A model generated the notes under the pieces. That model saw only the letters and a list, made by a program, of their open reading frames with translations. It made no database searches and had not been told where the DNA came from. The position numbers and the translations under genes are program-made. A stretch of DNA of 64,000 nucleotides from Octopus vulgaris (lineage: Eukaryota). This document shows, in pieces, positions 39,227 to 53,167 of this stretch; the first letter of the stretch is position 1, and every line of letters starts with the position of its first letter. Location of the stretch: NCBI GenBank assembly GCA_951406725.2, contig OX597818.1, forward strand, positions 18,104,001-18,168,000. Direction: 5' to 3'.

Positions 39227-39619
39227 TCTCTTTACTCTTTTACTTGTTTCAGTCATTTGACTGCGGCCATGCTGGAGCACCGCCTTTAATCAAGCAACTC
39301 GACCCCGGGACTTATTCTTTGTAAGCCCAGTACTTATTCTATTGGTCTCTTTTGCCGAACCGCTAAGTAACGGGGACATAAACACACCAGCATCAGTTGT
39401 CAAGCAATGCTAGGGGGACAAACACATACACACACACGCATATATATATATACATATATACGACAGGCTTCTTTCAGTTTCCGTCTACCAAATCCACTCA
39501 CAAGGCTTTGGTCGGCCCAAGGCTATAGTAGAAGACACTTGCTCAAGGTGCCACGCAGTGGGACTGAACCCGGAACCATATGGTTGGTAAACAAGCTACT
39601 TACCTCACAGCCACTCCTG
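39227..39619 (-). mobile_element. SINE family B, young copy
   Basis: Same consensus, CpGs retained. Confidence 0.9.
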
Positions 39620-41182
39620 CTAGTTATTCTAACAATTTCTTTCACTAAGTTATAGGAATGTAAACACACCAACACCAGTTGTCAAATAGTGGTGGCACAC
39701 AAAGACACACACACATATATACATACAACGGGATTCTTTCAATTTCTATCTACCAGATTCACTCACAAGGATTTGATCAGCCCAAAGTTATAGTAGTTTG
39801 CACTTGTCCAAGGTACCATGCAGTGGGACTGAACCCAAAACAATGAGGTTGGAAAGCAAGCTTCTTACCACACAGCCATGCCCGAGCATATCTTAAACAG
39901 TGTCACTCTAAACTGTGTAACATTTGTACCATATAAAGGGGTCTGCAGGTAATCAGAGTTTAAGTATTTTCTCATCCTTAAGAGGGAGTCTAGCCTTGAG
40001 ATGCAGTTTTGGGCAGGCAATTAATGGCATGGATACCATGAAAAACTTGCCATACTCTGTCAGGCCAAGTATTTGTAAAGTTTGTTTAAGTATTAGTAAG
40101 CATTTTATCTGAGGGATAGTAAGCAGTATGCATCACTGATTAAGTAGGCCAGTAGTCAAAAGTGTTCCGGCTGTGACCATCCTGTCTAATTCCAAACTAA
40201 ACCGCACCCAAGACATTATCCAATGCACACTTTTTCTAGAGAGTAGCAAAATACATTACTACTAATTCCAGTAGGTCAAGTCACAATATGTATATTTATA
40301 TATAGGTTTCCAATTCTGGCACAAGGCCAGAAATTTCAAGGGAGGGCATAAGTTGATTACATCAGTCCTAGTGCTCAGCTGCTACTGATTTTATTGACCC
40401 CCAAAAGAATGAAAGGCAAAGTTGACCTTGGCAGAATTTGAACTCAGAAAATTAACGAAATGCTAAAGAGCATTTTATCTGGCATGCTAATAATTCTACA
40501 AGCTTACCACCTCTATGTATACTATATATTGATTTCAAATTTTGGCACAAGGCCAGCAATTTCAGGGGAGGAGTAAGTCAATTACATCAACTCCAATATT
40601 CAACTGGTACTTATTTTATCGATCCTGAAAGGATGAATGGTGAAGTCAACCTCAACAGAGTTTGAACTCAGAACACAGAGACAGACAAAACGGTGCTAAG
40701 CATTTTGCCCGGCATGCTAATCATTCTGAAAGCTCACAACCTTTATGTACATTTATATATTAACCCCTTTAGTGTTTAAACTGGTCATACCCGGGTCAGA
40801 TATTTCTGTTGTTTTATGTTCAAACTGGCAAAATTCAGCCTCTTACAACTACCCTACAATGCCATCCTAAAACTAAATAAACACATCATTGAAATCTGAA
40901 AACTACAAGATAACACTCGATCAATTCAAAATAATCAGAATAAATAAGCAATACATTTGGCAGAGTAATCTGAATGGTAAAGGAATAATGAACAGTATTA
41001 ATTTGGAGGCTGAAAACTGAAATAAAACCTTGTGTGTATGTGTGTGTGCGTGCATGTGTGTGGATTTATATCTCCTTGTCTTGACATCCATGAGAGTAAT
41101 AAACATGTGTCACTGTCATACAATCTGTGTCCCTCATTTCCAGTCTTCCATGAAAACATGTCCAGGCATAGGAGAAATATTA

Positions 41183-41735
41183 TTGGGTTGTCTGGAAAGT
41201 TCGTGCCGATTCATAGTAGCTTACCTTTCAACTTATTTTAGAACATAAAATAAGATTTGACTACACCGCCATTTAGAGCACAGTTTAAGCTATCTTTTCA
41301 TGGAAGAAGGTTTATGTTCCTATAACCTGTGTTAATTCTGTAACCCTTTAAAATGAAAGACAAGAAAGTTCATTTTCGGCACTTGACGCTTTGGAAACCA
41401 GACAAAAATTGCCTAACCTCAGCTGGGATGTGTTACCCCACCCTCCATATTCACCAGATACTGCTCCTTCTGATTTCCACTTATTCAGGTCTCTGAAGAA
41501 TAGTCTTATTGTAAAAATTTCAATTCCTTGGATGACGTAAAAAGATACCTTGATGAATTGTTTGCCATGAAACCACCCCAATTCTGGGAAGAGGGTATTT
41601 TCAAGTTAAAGGAAAGATGGAGACGCATTGTGCAACAAAATGGTTCATATTTGGTTGATTAAAAATGTAATGGCAAATATTTATTGACCTTTTTCTTTCC
41701 TTTAAAAATTGGCATGAACTTTCCGGACAACCCAA
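41183..41735 (+). mobile_element. Internally deleted mariner transposon
   Basis: TIRs ttgggttgtctggaaagttcgtgccgatt / aattggcatgaactttccggacaacccaa with TA on both sides. MKDKKVHFRH is fused to TRQKLPNLSWDVLPHPPYSPDTAPSDFHLFRSLKNSL. Confidence 0.95.
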
Positions 41736-42728
41736 TACTTTGCTTGGCATTAGGTGAGGGTTGGTGATAGGAAAATCATTCTAACCAAGAGACAATCCAC
41801 ACAAGAAACATGCCTGACTGGGTGCTTGCTTTTGAGCAGAAACATCCAAATGATCGAGTGTATTTCTCGTCTGTGTAACTTCCAGAAACCCATCTTCAAA
41901 TCAAACTATTAATACAAATGCACACACACACATGAATGCATGCATGTGTATGCGTGTGTGCATGTTCATTTAGTGTTGCTGGAAAACACTTTTGCTGTTA
42001 CAACCCACAGACAGCATATGAAAGTCTGGCCAACTGAAGTATTGTTAACCTAGCTGGGACTCATTCAGCTGCAGTGCAGTCAGAACCATATATATTCTCT
42101 CAGTCAGATGGTTGATATATTATTGATTCAGAAATGCTAAATACATGAAAAACAACAGCTAAGGTATTGTTAACAAATTTACTGCAGGGAGCAGTAAAAC
42201 AGCTAACTAGAAATAATTATGCAATGAAGGAAAAGAAACAAAACAAAACCAAACCAAAGGCTAATATCAATTTTGTTTTTCACACTGAATACAGGAAACA
42301 ACTCTACATCTGATATATTTGTGTTTTTTAACAATATACATCTATAAGAGATGTTATCTTGGGGCAAATACTGCAGTTTATCAGGTGTTCGACAAAGCAT
42401 TTGTTTTAGGTATAATACACCGATTGCTATTTTGAACTAACACTGCTGTGGTTCATAACAAATTTTTATTAAGCATGCAGGCTAATTGCAATATCTATGA
42501 TTTTTCAATCACTGCTTTACTATATCAGTAACAGCAAATTTTGTCTTAGCTTGTAGCTATCAGTAAATACTTGCCACTGATGTCTACCAAAGATGCAGAA
42601 ATGCACATTTAGCAATATCACTACTACTGTTAAACAATTTTCATTCTACTGCCGATATAGTTCCGTATTTTTTAACAATATATGTTGGTAAGAGATACTA
42701 TTTCAAGAAGATGGCATACTTCTTGAGA

Positions 42729-42961
42729 AAGGCGGAGAGCTGGCAGAAATGTTAACACGCTGGGTGAAATGTTTAGCGGTATTTCGTCTGCTGTTACATT
42801 CTGAGTTCAAACTCTGCCGAGGTCGACTTTGCCTTTCATCCTTTCGGGGTCGATAAATTAAGTACCAGTTACGCATTGGGGTCGATGTAATCAACTTAAT
42901 CCCTTTGTCTGTCCTTGTTTGTCCCCTCTATGTTTAGCCCCTTGTGGGCAATAAAGAAATA
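42729..42961 (+). mobile_element. SINE family A, tail type ii
   Basis: Near-identical to 52718-52953 and to 63535-63757 (minus). Confidence 0.9.
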
Positions 42962-44329
42962 AAAAACAAGGATAATTAAGCAACACTGGAAGGAATGGCA
43001 AACTACAGTTTATCAAGTTTTCAACAATGTATCTGCTTTAAGTATGATACACAGATTGATTGATTGATTGATGTGTGTCTATGTCGGTATATGTATATAT
43101 AAACACACACACATGTATATGTATGCATATTCTTGTGTATGCATATATTATATCCCTTCATCTTCATGTCCTCGACATAGTTGTCAACAATGGCTTAACT
43201 GTTCATGTGGATAATGCTGTTTGCTTGCAGTCCACCACAAAACTATGCCCCAGCTTCTTGACATGTCTTGACATGTTGCGTGATCTTTGTAAACAAAACA
43301 GACTCATTCAAATGCTTTTGTTTGTTTCCAGCTCTCCATGTAAATTTGTTTGGGTTGTTTGTTGTTTTATAGGTTGGAAAATTATTATTTTGCTTGGAGA
43401 AAAATAGCCTTTAAATAAATGATGATGGTGAAAAAAATGACCCAGAATGATTAATTAATGGGGGGAAAAAAAGGGGCGGGGCAGCAATTATTCTTTTACT
43501 CTTTTGTTTCAGTCATTTGACTGCAGCCATGCTGGAGCACTGCCTTAAAAGGACCTATTCTTTGTAAACATGATACTTATTCCATTGATCTCTTTTGCAG
43601 AACCATTAAGTTATGGAGACATAAACACACCAACATTGGTTGTCAAGTGATGGTGCAGGGACAAACACATACACATACACGCACACGATAGGCTTCTTTC
43701 AGTTTCTGTCTACCAAATCTACCCACTTTGATCAGTCTGAGGCTATAGCAGAAGACACTTGCCCAAGGTGCCACACACAGTGGGACTGAACCTGAATCCA
43801 TGTTGTTGGGAAGCAAGCTTCTTACCACACAGTCATGCCTGCACCTATATTTTTCCTAAATTTTTAACTTTAAAACTCTCTTTTTAACTTTCCATGCAAA
43901 ATGCACAGGTAATATGTAGTTGCTTTAAGGTGATGAACAGGTAAAACTGTTAGCATACTAGACAACATGCTTAGTGACATTTCGTCCATCTTTACATTCT
44001 GAGTTCAAATTCTGTCAAGGAATTAATCCTGAAATTCATTCTTCCAAGGTTAATGAAATAAGTAGCAGTTGAACACTGGGGTCAATGAAAATAAACTTAT
44101 CCCCTTCCTGAAAATTGCTGTCCTTGTGCCATGATGAGGAACCAGTATTTAGTTGCTTTTATCTCAAGCACAATGGTAGTACACCAGCATAGCTACAGCT
44201 GGAACCGGTACAAGAATAGAAGAGTGTTACATAAGGTCAAAAAATGATGAGAAGGATGGAAATAAATTATTGAGGAAATCTAGAATTATAGATTAACTTC
44301 CCAACACACACACATACATAATGTATACA

Positions 44330-45262
44330 CACAATTTCTTCCATTTATTCATGAATAATTACCAATATAAGTAAAGAGGTTCCATGTGAAATTGGAATCG
44401 GTTTGTAATTTTTATAAGACTGATTACTTATAATGATTAAATTCAAGTAAACAACTATCTGGAAAAAAAAAAATCTAGCTGGAAGAGTAATGATAATGAA
44501 GGCACAGCAGATTAGAATTCAATGTGTAGCAATGAACAGTGACTTTGGGGATTGATTGCAGAGGAAAAGGAACAGAACTCGAAGAATTTACCAATTCTTG
44601 ATGTGAAACATGTATAAACATCAATCAAGCAAGTCAGATGAAGATCAACAGGAAGAGCAATCCAATATTATGTAGAAGGAGGGGGGTATGGGAAAAGAAA
44701 AAAATGTCTTGTCACCATAACTGCTATTTAAAACTGATGTTATGTCCACTGTCTGACACAATAAATCCATCATATGGATACCCAGATATAGCAACAATAT
44801 TATTGCCATGAAATCATTAATAATAAATCATCAGTTGATGTTATCTTTCCCTCCCCACTTCTTCCATCCTGGATCAATAACACATCACAGTTATGTTTTT
44901 CATAGCAATCCGTCATCCATTCAATACCGAATATAAAATGGATTACAGTATTCTGAAATATGTAATTTAGGAATGTTCGACTAATACACGCCGACAAAGA
45001 ATTATACATATCTCATCTGAAGACAATCAAAGCATGAATAAAGCTTTTACAATGAAGCAGCTAAGAATCTTTGAATGATCAAGAATTTTTCCCCAAGATA
45101 AAGATAGTAATCTTATTGAGATATTCACTAAAATAAATTCCAGTAATGAATATAAAAGAGTATGACAATAACTTTCAGTAATAGCAACAAATTGAATTTT
45201 AATAAAATAGATGAAATGCCATAGAATCTGCAAATGGTTTCGGAGAGAATATATCACAATTT
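44330..45262 (-). other. Candidate terminal exon (mostly 3' UTR)
   Basis: Possible branch point and acceptor ttaacctaataaattttaaaaaacAG| at 45264-45263, about 0.9 kb of repeat-free sequence, and minus-strand AATAAA at 44349-44344. Confidence 0.3.
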
Positions 45263-45839
45263 CTGTTTTTTAAAATTTATTAGGTTAAAGAAATTGGAAT
45301 CTATTCAACTTTTTGGATCAAGAGATATTTGGATATTTATTGTTACTATTTTGTAATCTAGCTGGTTGTTCATAAAATAAAAGGAAAAAAAAAAAAGATG
45401 TTAAAAAAGAAAAGAAATGATTGCCACAATCATTGTGTGCATTGTGCATACCATCTGCTAAAGTTTAAAACACTTTTGTATACTGAACAGCAATAAATTT
45501 TAAATAACAATAGATCTAAAAGTGAGCCACCCTCAAGGTATAGAATATATGGAATGAAGGAATAATAAAAGGCTTCTCTCTCTTTATCACAACTTGGTGA
45601 GAATTTTCTTTGAGAAGAGACACATTTCAAGATAGAACAGTGGGGAAAGAATATCCGTTACAATGTCATGGTCAGTAGTATCATATCAAAGAAAGTAAGA
45701 GATCAATGAATACAACTTCTGACACAGTGTTCGTAGTCAATAGCAACCATTACATCATTCATGAATATCAGGAGGATTTTTGCATTGTGATACTTCTTAC
45801 AACCAAATTACTTATTCACACGTAGAGCATTTCTGAACA

Positions 45840-46310
45840 TTTTTCAAAGCTTATTCTAAGACTACCATTAAGTGCCGTTCACATACATCAGATGGTGCTG
45901 GTACTACATACATACAAACATTCAAGATCAAATCCAAATGAATATTATTCAACTGGTGGGAAAAGATTACTCATCATTCACCAACATAGTTCAACATTCA
46001 GTTTACTGGCTCACAGACATGCAGTCTCTTCTCTTCTCTTTCTGCATGCTACAACATCCACTGCTCCTCTGATCTAGCTAGTTACACACTCTTTCCAGAT
46101 CTACTTTTAATACCTGTCCTTCCTCCTCTTCCATCACCTTTACTGCGACTCATTTCTTATCTCCAACCCTAAACCATTTCACCAAATCCTACTCACCAGA
46201 AATTTGACGCTCTGGAATTTCTTCATTGCCCAGTTCTTCAACTTACACCAACCAGTAAAGGATTTTGGAGAGTATGCAAAGGTCACAAACATTGACTCCT
46301 CTTGTCTGAA
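45840..46310 (+). mobile_element. Highly decayed LINE ORF2 C-terminal relic
   Basis: Pieces KAY...CRSHTSDGAG, IQDQIQ, SLLAHRHAVSSL, YNIHCSSDLA resemble the EYCSH.W / L.HRR.VASL..FYRY...CSS.L pattern of invertebrate LINEs. Confidence 0.65.
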
Positions 46311-46943
46311 CTTACATTAGTATGCACTGAACTGTGTTAGAATCATAATTCAAATGCAGACATATCAAGAATATATGAAATAAATCAATTTAAGGGTGAC
46401 TACAGTAGTATATAAAAGCATTTAATATAATAAGTTTTAAAAAAGCAGAAAGCTGGCAGAATCATTATCACACGAGCTAAAATGCTTAGCGGCATTTCAT
46501 TTGTGTTCACATTCTGAGTTCAAATTCCACTGAGGTTGACTTTACCCTCCAGCTTTTCAGGGCTGTTGAAATAAGTACCAGTTAAACACTGAGGTCAATG
46601 TAATCAACTTACTAACTCCTTAGAAATTGTTGGCCTTGTGCAAAAATTTGAAATTAATATATTAAATTAAAAAACCCTTGGTTAGAAAAGAATTGCTTGA
46701 GTACAGAAGATGCAGGTTCAAATTCAACAAGTACCCTTGAACCTTTTTGCCAGTTAAAGGTCTTTTAATCAATAAATTGAATAGTATTATTCATAGCTGT
46801 CTCCACTTAAAAAATGGCCTTATAGATATTTATAATTCAAATTAAGTACCTATGAAAACTAAATTACAAAATAAGTCAATAAATGTGCAAGAAGTGGTGA
46901 CATTTTGTTGCCAAATGATTGAAATGGGTCCACGTGTATTATA

Positions 46944-47191
46944 TATTTCTTTACTACTCACAAGGGGCTAAACACAGAGGAGACAAACAAGGACAGACAA
47001 AGGGATTAATTCGATTACATCAACCCCAGTGCGTAACTGGTACTTAATTTATCAACCCTGGAAGGATGAAAGGCAAAGTCAACCTCGGCAGAATTTGAAC
47101 TCAGAACGTAACCGCAGACAAAATACCACTAAGCATTTCACCCGACGTGCTAACATTTCTGCCCGATCGACGCCTTGATATTATAATATCG
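46944..47191 (-). mobile_element. SINE family A, tail type ii, with TSD
   Basis: 14-bp TSD ccacgtgtattata (46930-46943, 47192-47205). Confidence 0.9.
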
Positions 47192-47962
47192 CCACGTGTA
47201 TTATAATACAATGTTGTGGTACAGTTTATATCAGTAGCTATAACCCATATAGAGCAAATATGACTTTGGCATTATTTGAACTCAAAACATAAAATTAAGA
47301 ACCGTAACTAAATACTGAAACATCATTTTGTGTGATGTGTTAATGATTCTACCAACATGGGCCTTTTCTCCAGAAATATATTGGTTTCACATTTTGGTAC
47401 AAGACCAGCAAATCCAAGGAAAGGAATAATCGATTGCATTGACCCCAGTGCTTGACTGGTACTTATTTTATCGATCCTAAAAGAATGAAAGGCAAAGTCA
47501 ACCTTGGTGGAATTTGAACTTAGAATGCAAAGCCAGACAAAATGCCACTAAGCATTTTGCCCAGTGTGCTAACAATTCTGCCAGCTCAATGCCTAATATC
47601 CTGAGATATATTAACAAGTCTTTTCAAGAAAAAGGCTCTAAACCTATCACCGGGTCTGTGAATACCGAAGACATTTCCCCTTCATCCAGACCCAGCAAAT
47701 AATACAAAAATGAAAACATTTAATAAGATCAGTAACAGGAAATAAAATAGCAATCTAAATCTCCAACATTCGGAAAAATCGTTACAATGATTAAATCAAA
47801 AATATAGACTCAAAACCAACTTATAGTAAGATCACATATTCCTGTAACAGTTTCGGCCCTTGTACTCTAGCCATACTGGGCACCACATTTAAGGGTTTAA
47901 GTGATTATATGGGCTTCATTACTTTGTTTTGTACTTGTTTTATTTATATTATCATTTTTATT

Positions 47963-48367
47963 TATAGGCATAGGAGTGGCTGTGTGGTAAGTAACTTGCT
48001 TACCAACCTCATGGTTCCAGGTTCAGGCCCACTGTATGGCACCTTGGGCAAGTGTCTCTACTATAGCCTCGGGCCAACCAAAACCTTTGAGTGGATTTGG
48101 TAGACGAAAACTGAAAGAAGCCCATCGTATATATGTATGTGTGTGTATATGTTTGTGTGTCTGTGTTTGTGTCCCCAGCATCTCTTGAGAACCGGTGTTG
48201 GTGTATTTACGTCCCCGTAACTTAGCAGTTCGGCAAAAGAGGCCGATAGAATAAGTACTAGGCTTATAAAGAATAAGTCCTGGGGTCGATTTGCTCGACT
48301 AAAGGCAGTGCTCCAGCATGGCCGCAGTCAAATGACTGAAAGAAGTAAAATAGTAAAGAGAAAGAGT
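47963..48367 (+). mobile_element. SINE family B (CORE-like, internal (TA/TG)n, tail gaaacaagtaaaagag-like)
   Basis: gagtggctgtgtggtaag head, ggcaccttgggcaagtgtc CORE-like segment. More than 10 copies in the window, e.g. about 9377-9685, 11937-12308, 43492-43848, 52975-53388, 55583-55980, 63765-64000. Confidence 0.9.
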
Positions 48368-48792
48368 ATTACATGAGAATATATACCAAGAGAAGACGTT
48401 AGTGTCATGGCATGGGGTTGGTAAAACTCAATTGGACATAAATAATTACAGAGTATTCTTGTTCCAATGTACTACTCTTTATTCACTTTACACTGGTATA
48501 AACATGTGAACATATCTACACACCACAGGCTTCTGCACAGTTTCTTCTAAACAAAACTCTCACTAAAGGAAGATACTGGTTAACATGGGGTTATTGTAGA
48601 AGAGACTTATGTAGGGTATCATGCAATACGATTGAACCTGGATCTACTAAGTTGCAAAACAAACTTCTTACCCACACAGCTATGCCTGTAACCAAATCCC
48701 TACTATACTACTACTACTACAGCTTCCGCCACCACTACCACCACCACCACCACTACCACTACTATTACTACTACCACCACCACTACTGCTAT

Positions 48793-48825
<33 letters not shown>

Positions 48826-49134
48826 GACTACTGCTGATGACTATTTTTATCAAAAATTTTCATAACAAAATTAAAATCAATGACCATAAAGTATTAGTCA
48901 ACAGAATCAGGACATATTTATTGATTGTTATCACTGATAATAGTTAAAGACATCTCTTATCCAATCACCTTCCTTAGATTCTGTTAATACATGCACAGAA
49001 GTTTTGGCATTCAATATTTTATCAGATAAGGCATTTAATTTTCATTGTCCAATAAAAATTAAATTATAACTAGTTGACTATATTAATGTTCCAATCTAAT
49101 TTTACTTCAGTCTTTTCCATTATTGTCATCTGAA

Positions 49135-49889
49135 CTGTGGCTCTCAACCTGGGTGATAGCACCCTTTGGGGGGCATTGTGAGCTTGCAATGGGATATAAA
49201 TTTTCAAGAGAGTACAATGAGGAATGATGATGTGTAAAGGACTCATTGGAAATTAAATATTTAAATTGGATATAATTCTTCTATTTTAAATATATTTCCT
49301 CAAAAATCTTTGTCAGAATTAACTCTTTAGCATTTAAACTGGCCATATCCAACCAAAATATTTTGCCACTTTTACACTCAAAGTGGCCAGATTCAACATC
49401 TTACACCTACCCCATAATGACATTGTAAAAAAATAAATGATCACTTTATCAAAATCTTAAAGCCACAAGACAATGCATGGTTAATTTCAAACAATATGAA
49501 TAAATAAGCATTGCATTTGACAGAATTATCTGAATGCTAAGGGGTTAATGTGTTGAGTAGGACTTTGTATGATTATCAGTAATCAAAAAAAATAATTGAT
49601 GATGCACCAATGTTCAACATAAGTTCATTATATAAATCTTGAGCTTTCTTTAATAATTTGCATAAAAATGTAACATGCAAGCCCTAGTTCACACAAATAT
49701 CTAAAAAAAAAAAAAAAGCACCTGCTGGATTGGATAGTCCAAAAACATACAGGTAATAAACCACTGCACAAGTTTGTCTTTTTGTTTTAACTGAAATAAT
49801 CAGCTTTTCTTCTTGTACAATATAAGGAAAGGGTAAAATGCTATTTGGTGAAAGAAGGTGCTCAACTTACAAAAGGTTGAGAACATTTG
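49135..49889. mobile_element. Possible old hAT/Charlie-like MITE containing a nested TTAA MITE (49319-49548)
   Basis: Ends ctgtggctctcaacct / aggttgagaacatttg; no TSD recognisable. Confidence 0.4.
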
Positions 49890-50664
49890 CCTTGTACAAA
49901 AAAAAACTTTGAAGATAATGATTTTGAATATAAATAATAAAATTGAAAATTAAGATTGGAAACAGACCATTTGATGAAACCTTTCGAAATTGAAAGAATT
50001 TTAAGACAAAGGAAGATTCTCAGACACAGGTAAAGATACAATCATTTCAAGGTCCATCTTTAAAAGAACTGGAAAAGATCAGAATGAGGCAGTGAATTGG
50101 CAAGGTTGTTAGAGCATCAGATTAACTCTTAACTTCCTGGAAGACACAGTACTGCACTGGTTGGCCAGTCCTGAAATGCAGGATATCACAAGAATCATAC
50201 TAATTTTGTTTACATCTATTGTGAAAGAGAGAAACAGGGAAACCACACTAATGTGAAGGAAAACAAGCTTTTATCTTTTCTTATATCATTCATTTTTGAC
50301 CAGCAACAGATTCATTACAGGAACGCAATTTTAACTTAAAATTGAAGGGTAAAATGCCTTGTGATATTTAATCTAGTTGTTTGTGTACCAAGTTCAAATC
50401 CCATCAAGATCACTTTGACTTTCATCTTTTTGGGCTCAATAAACGAAGTGCCAGCCTAAAACAAGGAATTGATAGAATTGTTAGAGGATGCCTTGTAATA
50501 TCTGCTTTGGCTCTGTATGTTCCGAATTCAAAATTCCATCTAGAAAACCATTACAGTGAAACAACCACTTTGAGTAGACTAATAAACACACACCACACAC
50601 ACAACAAAAACACACATACAAAGACTGGTTGATTGGCTATGTGTAGGTTCATGTTTTGGCTTAC

Positions 50665-50767
50665 CGAGTAGGAGTTGTGTAAAGAAACCGGATCTCAAAC
50701 TTGGGAAGCAAAATTTCATTTACCGGAAACATACCCCCTATGCCTGCTATTATAATGCAGTTCACAT
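50665..50767 (-). other. Candidate 103-nt exon (3' UTR exon or alternative coding exon)
   Basis: tatatatttttAG|atgtgaactg...ctactcg|GTAAGC. Unique sequence with CpGs. Confidence 0.5.
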
Positions 50768-51482
50768 CTAAAAATATATATATATATATATCAATACTTG
50801 AAGCCATTCTATAAAATATAGACGTGCTCTGGGTTAAAAACTAGCTTAATGATTAATTAATTATTTATCTAATTCATTTAAATAATTTATAAGAATTTAA
50901 TTCAGTAATCCTGCAAGTAACAATTACAGAGCACTAATTCAGTAATGATGTCACCACAACCACCACTACCATCTGCATTACATGTGTCTACATGTGAGCG
51001 TATGTACTAATAGTACATGTCTAAGTTTATCAATCATTTGTTCATATGTGCATGTATGGTTGTGTGTATGCGCATGCATAGATTAATGTGTAAGTATATA
51101 TGACTGTGAGCACATAGAACTGAGTAAGCGTGTATATGCATGTGCCATATGTGTGAAACATTAATTCAAAATTCCCAGCAGACATTGTTTAAATTAGCTT
51201 ATTTACATTAATCAAGTTTATTCCTGTGAATATCAGTGACCACATACAAGGAATAACTTGTTCACGAGAGTAAAATTTAAGATGTTCACTTAGCAATACT
51301 GTATTATGTTCAATTCCTATGCACAGGACCTTGAGCAAATGTCCTCTTCTATATTTACAGGATGACCAATGCCTTGAGGCTGGAATTTAATAAATAGAAA
51401 TAATAGAGAAGGCCATCACATACATGTGTAAGTGTATGCATGTATATATGTATACATGTGTGTGAGTATATATATATATCTT

Positions 51483-51889
51483 TCTCTTTTCTCTTTTACT
51501 TGTTTCAGTCATTTGACTGTGGCCATGCTGGAGCACCGCGTTTAGTCAAGCAAATTGACCCCGGGACTTATTCTTTGTAAGCCCAGTACTTATTCTATCA
51601 GTTTCTTTTGCCAAACTGCTAAGTGACGGGGACGTAAACACACCAGCATTGGTTGTCAAGCAATGCTAGGGGGACAAATACAGACACACAAACACACACA
51701 TACATATATATATATATATATGCATATATACGACAGGCTTCTTTCAGTTTCCGTCTACTAAATCCACTTACAAGACATTGGTCGGCCCGGGACTATAGCA
51801 GAAGACAGTTGCCCAAGATGCCACGCAGTGGGACTGAGCCCGGAACCATGTGGTTGGTTAGCAAGCTACTTACCACACAGCCACTCCTT
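51483..51889 (-). mobile_element. SINE family B, young copy
   Basis: Reverse complement of the 47963-48367 family; near-identical to 39227-39619 and 21265-21649. Confidence 0.9.
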
Positions 51890-52717
51890 ATATATATAAG
51901 TATATATATCTCATGTGCATGTGTAATCATTCTCATCATTTCAATTTTTACTTTTCCATGATTGTATGGGTCAGATAGTATTTTATGCAGATTTCCTACA
52001 GCCAGATATGCCCTTCCTGTTGCAAAGCCTTATGGCCAGACATCTTTTCATGGACAATTTCTAATGAAAGTCCCTACTTGTATGATAGTCATAAACACAC
52101 ACACACACACAAAGGGCTTCTTCCAATTTCTGTCAACCAAATCTACTCACAAAGATGTAGCTGCTGACCTGGGGCTTTAGAAGATGTCACTTATCCAAAG
52201 TGCCACAGAGAAGCTATCTTAACTACACACACACAGCATTATATTCATTTTTACATTCACTTTCCCTATGCTGGCTTGGGTTGGTTGAGTGTTTTTGAGG
52301 CAGTATTCTACAGCTGGATGCCCTTCCTGGCACCAACCTTTACTTGCTTTACAAGTAAGGTGATATATTCAATTAGTTTTTGCATATCAAAGGAGTTGAG
52401 AGGTATATAGTTGGTGTAGGGCATGAACATCACTGCACTGCAGTATCAATGCTTAGACATGCTAAGACAAACATGTACCCACACACAGACAGACACACAT
52501 ATACATGAAGGACTTCCTTGCAGGAATTTTGATTCGGTTATATAATTAAATATTCATGAGGAATTGGCTAAACCAAGGCTATATTGAAACGCACTTGTTG
52601 AAAGTGCTATGCAATGAGACCAAACTCGAAACTGTGATTGAAAAGAAAATTCGTAATTCTATAGCCATGTTTAGACTTGCATATGAAAATACTGCACATA
52701 AGATGTCTCAGCAAAAG

Positions 52718-52953
52718 GGCAGCAAGCTGGCAGAATCGTTAGCACGCCGGGCGAAATGCTTAGCAGTATTTCATCTTCAGTTACATTCTGAATTCAAATT
52801 CTGCCCAGGTCAACTTTGCCTTTCATCCTTTCGGGGTCAATGAAATAAATACCAGTTAGGCACTGAAGTTGAAGTAATCAACTTAATCCCTTTGTCAGCT
52901 CTTGTTTGTCCCCTCTGTGTTTAGCCCCCTGTGGACAATAAAGAAATAAATAC
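52718..52953 (+). mobile_element. SINE family A, tail type ii, with TSD
   Basis: ggcagcaagctggcagaatcgttagc...gcctttcatcctttcggggtc...aataaagaaata; 13-bp TSD gtctcagcaaaag (52705-52717, 52954-52966). Confidence 0.9.
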
Positions 52954-53136
52954 GTCTCAGCAAAAGATATAATAAAAACCATATGGTTCCAGGTTCAGTC
53001 CCACAGTGTAGCATCTTGGGCAAATGTCTTCTACTAAAGTCCTTGGGCCAACCAAAGCCTTATAAGTAGATTTGGTAGACAGAAACTAAAAGAAGCTCAT
53101 TGTATATATATCTATCTATCTATCTATCTATTTCTA

Positions 53137-53167
<31 letters not shown>

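Noticed and set aside
44800-45257. ORFs of 69 and 76 aa in unique sequence
   Set aside because: Random-like composition and no motif; better explained as UTR or intergenic sequence.
47651-47841. Additional minus-strand exon candidate
   Set aside because: Both splice sites are weak (tgttacAG, G|GTGATA); not supportable without reads.
49965-50000. ttgatga...gaaa hammerhead-like string
   Set aside because: No convincing stems I or II flank the core.
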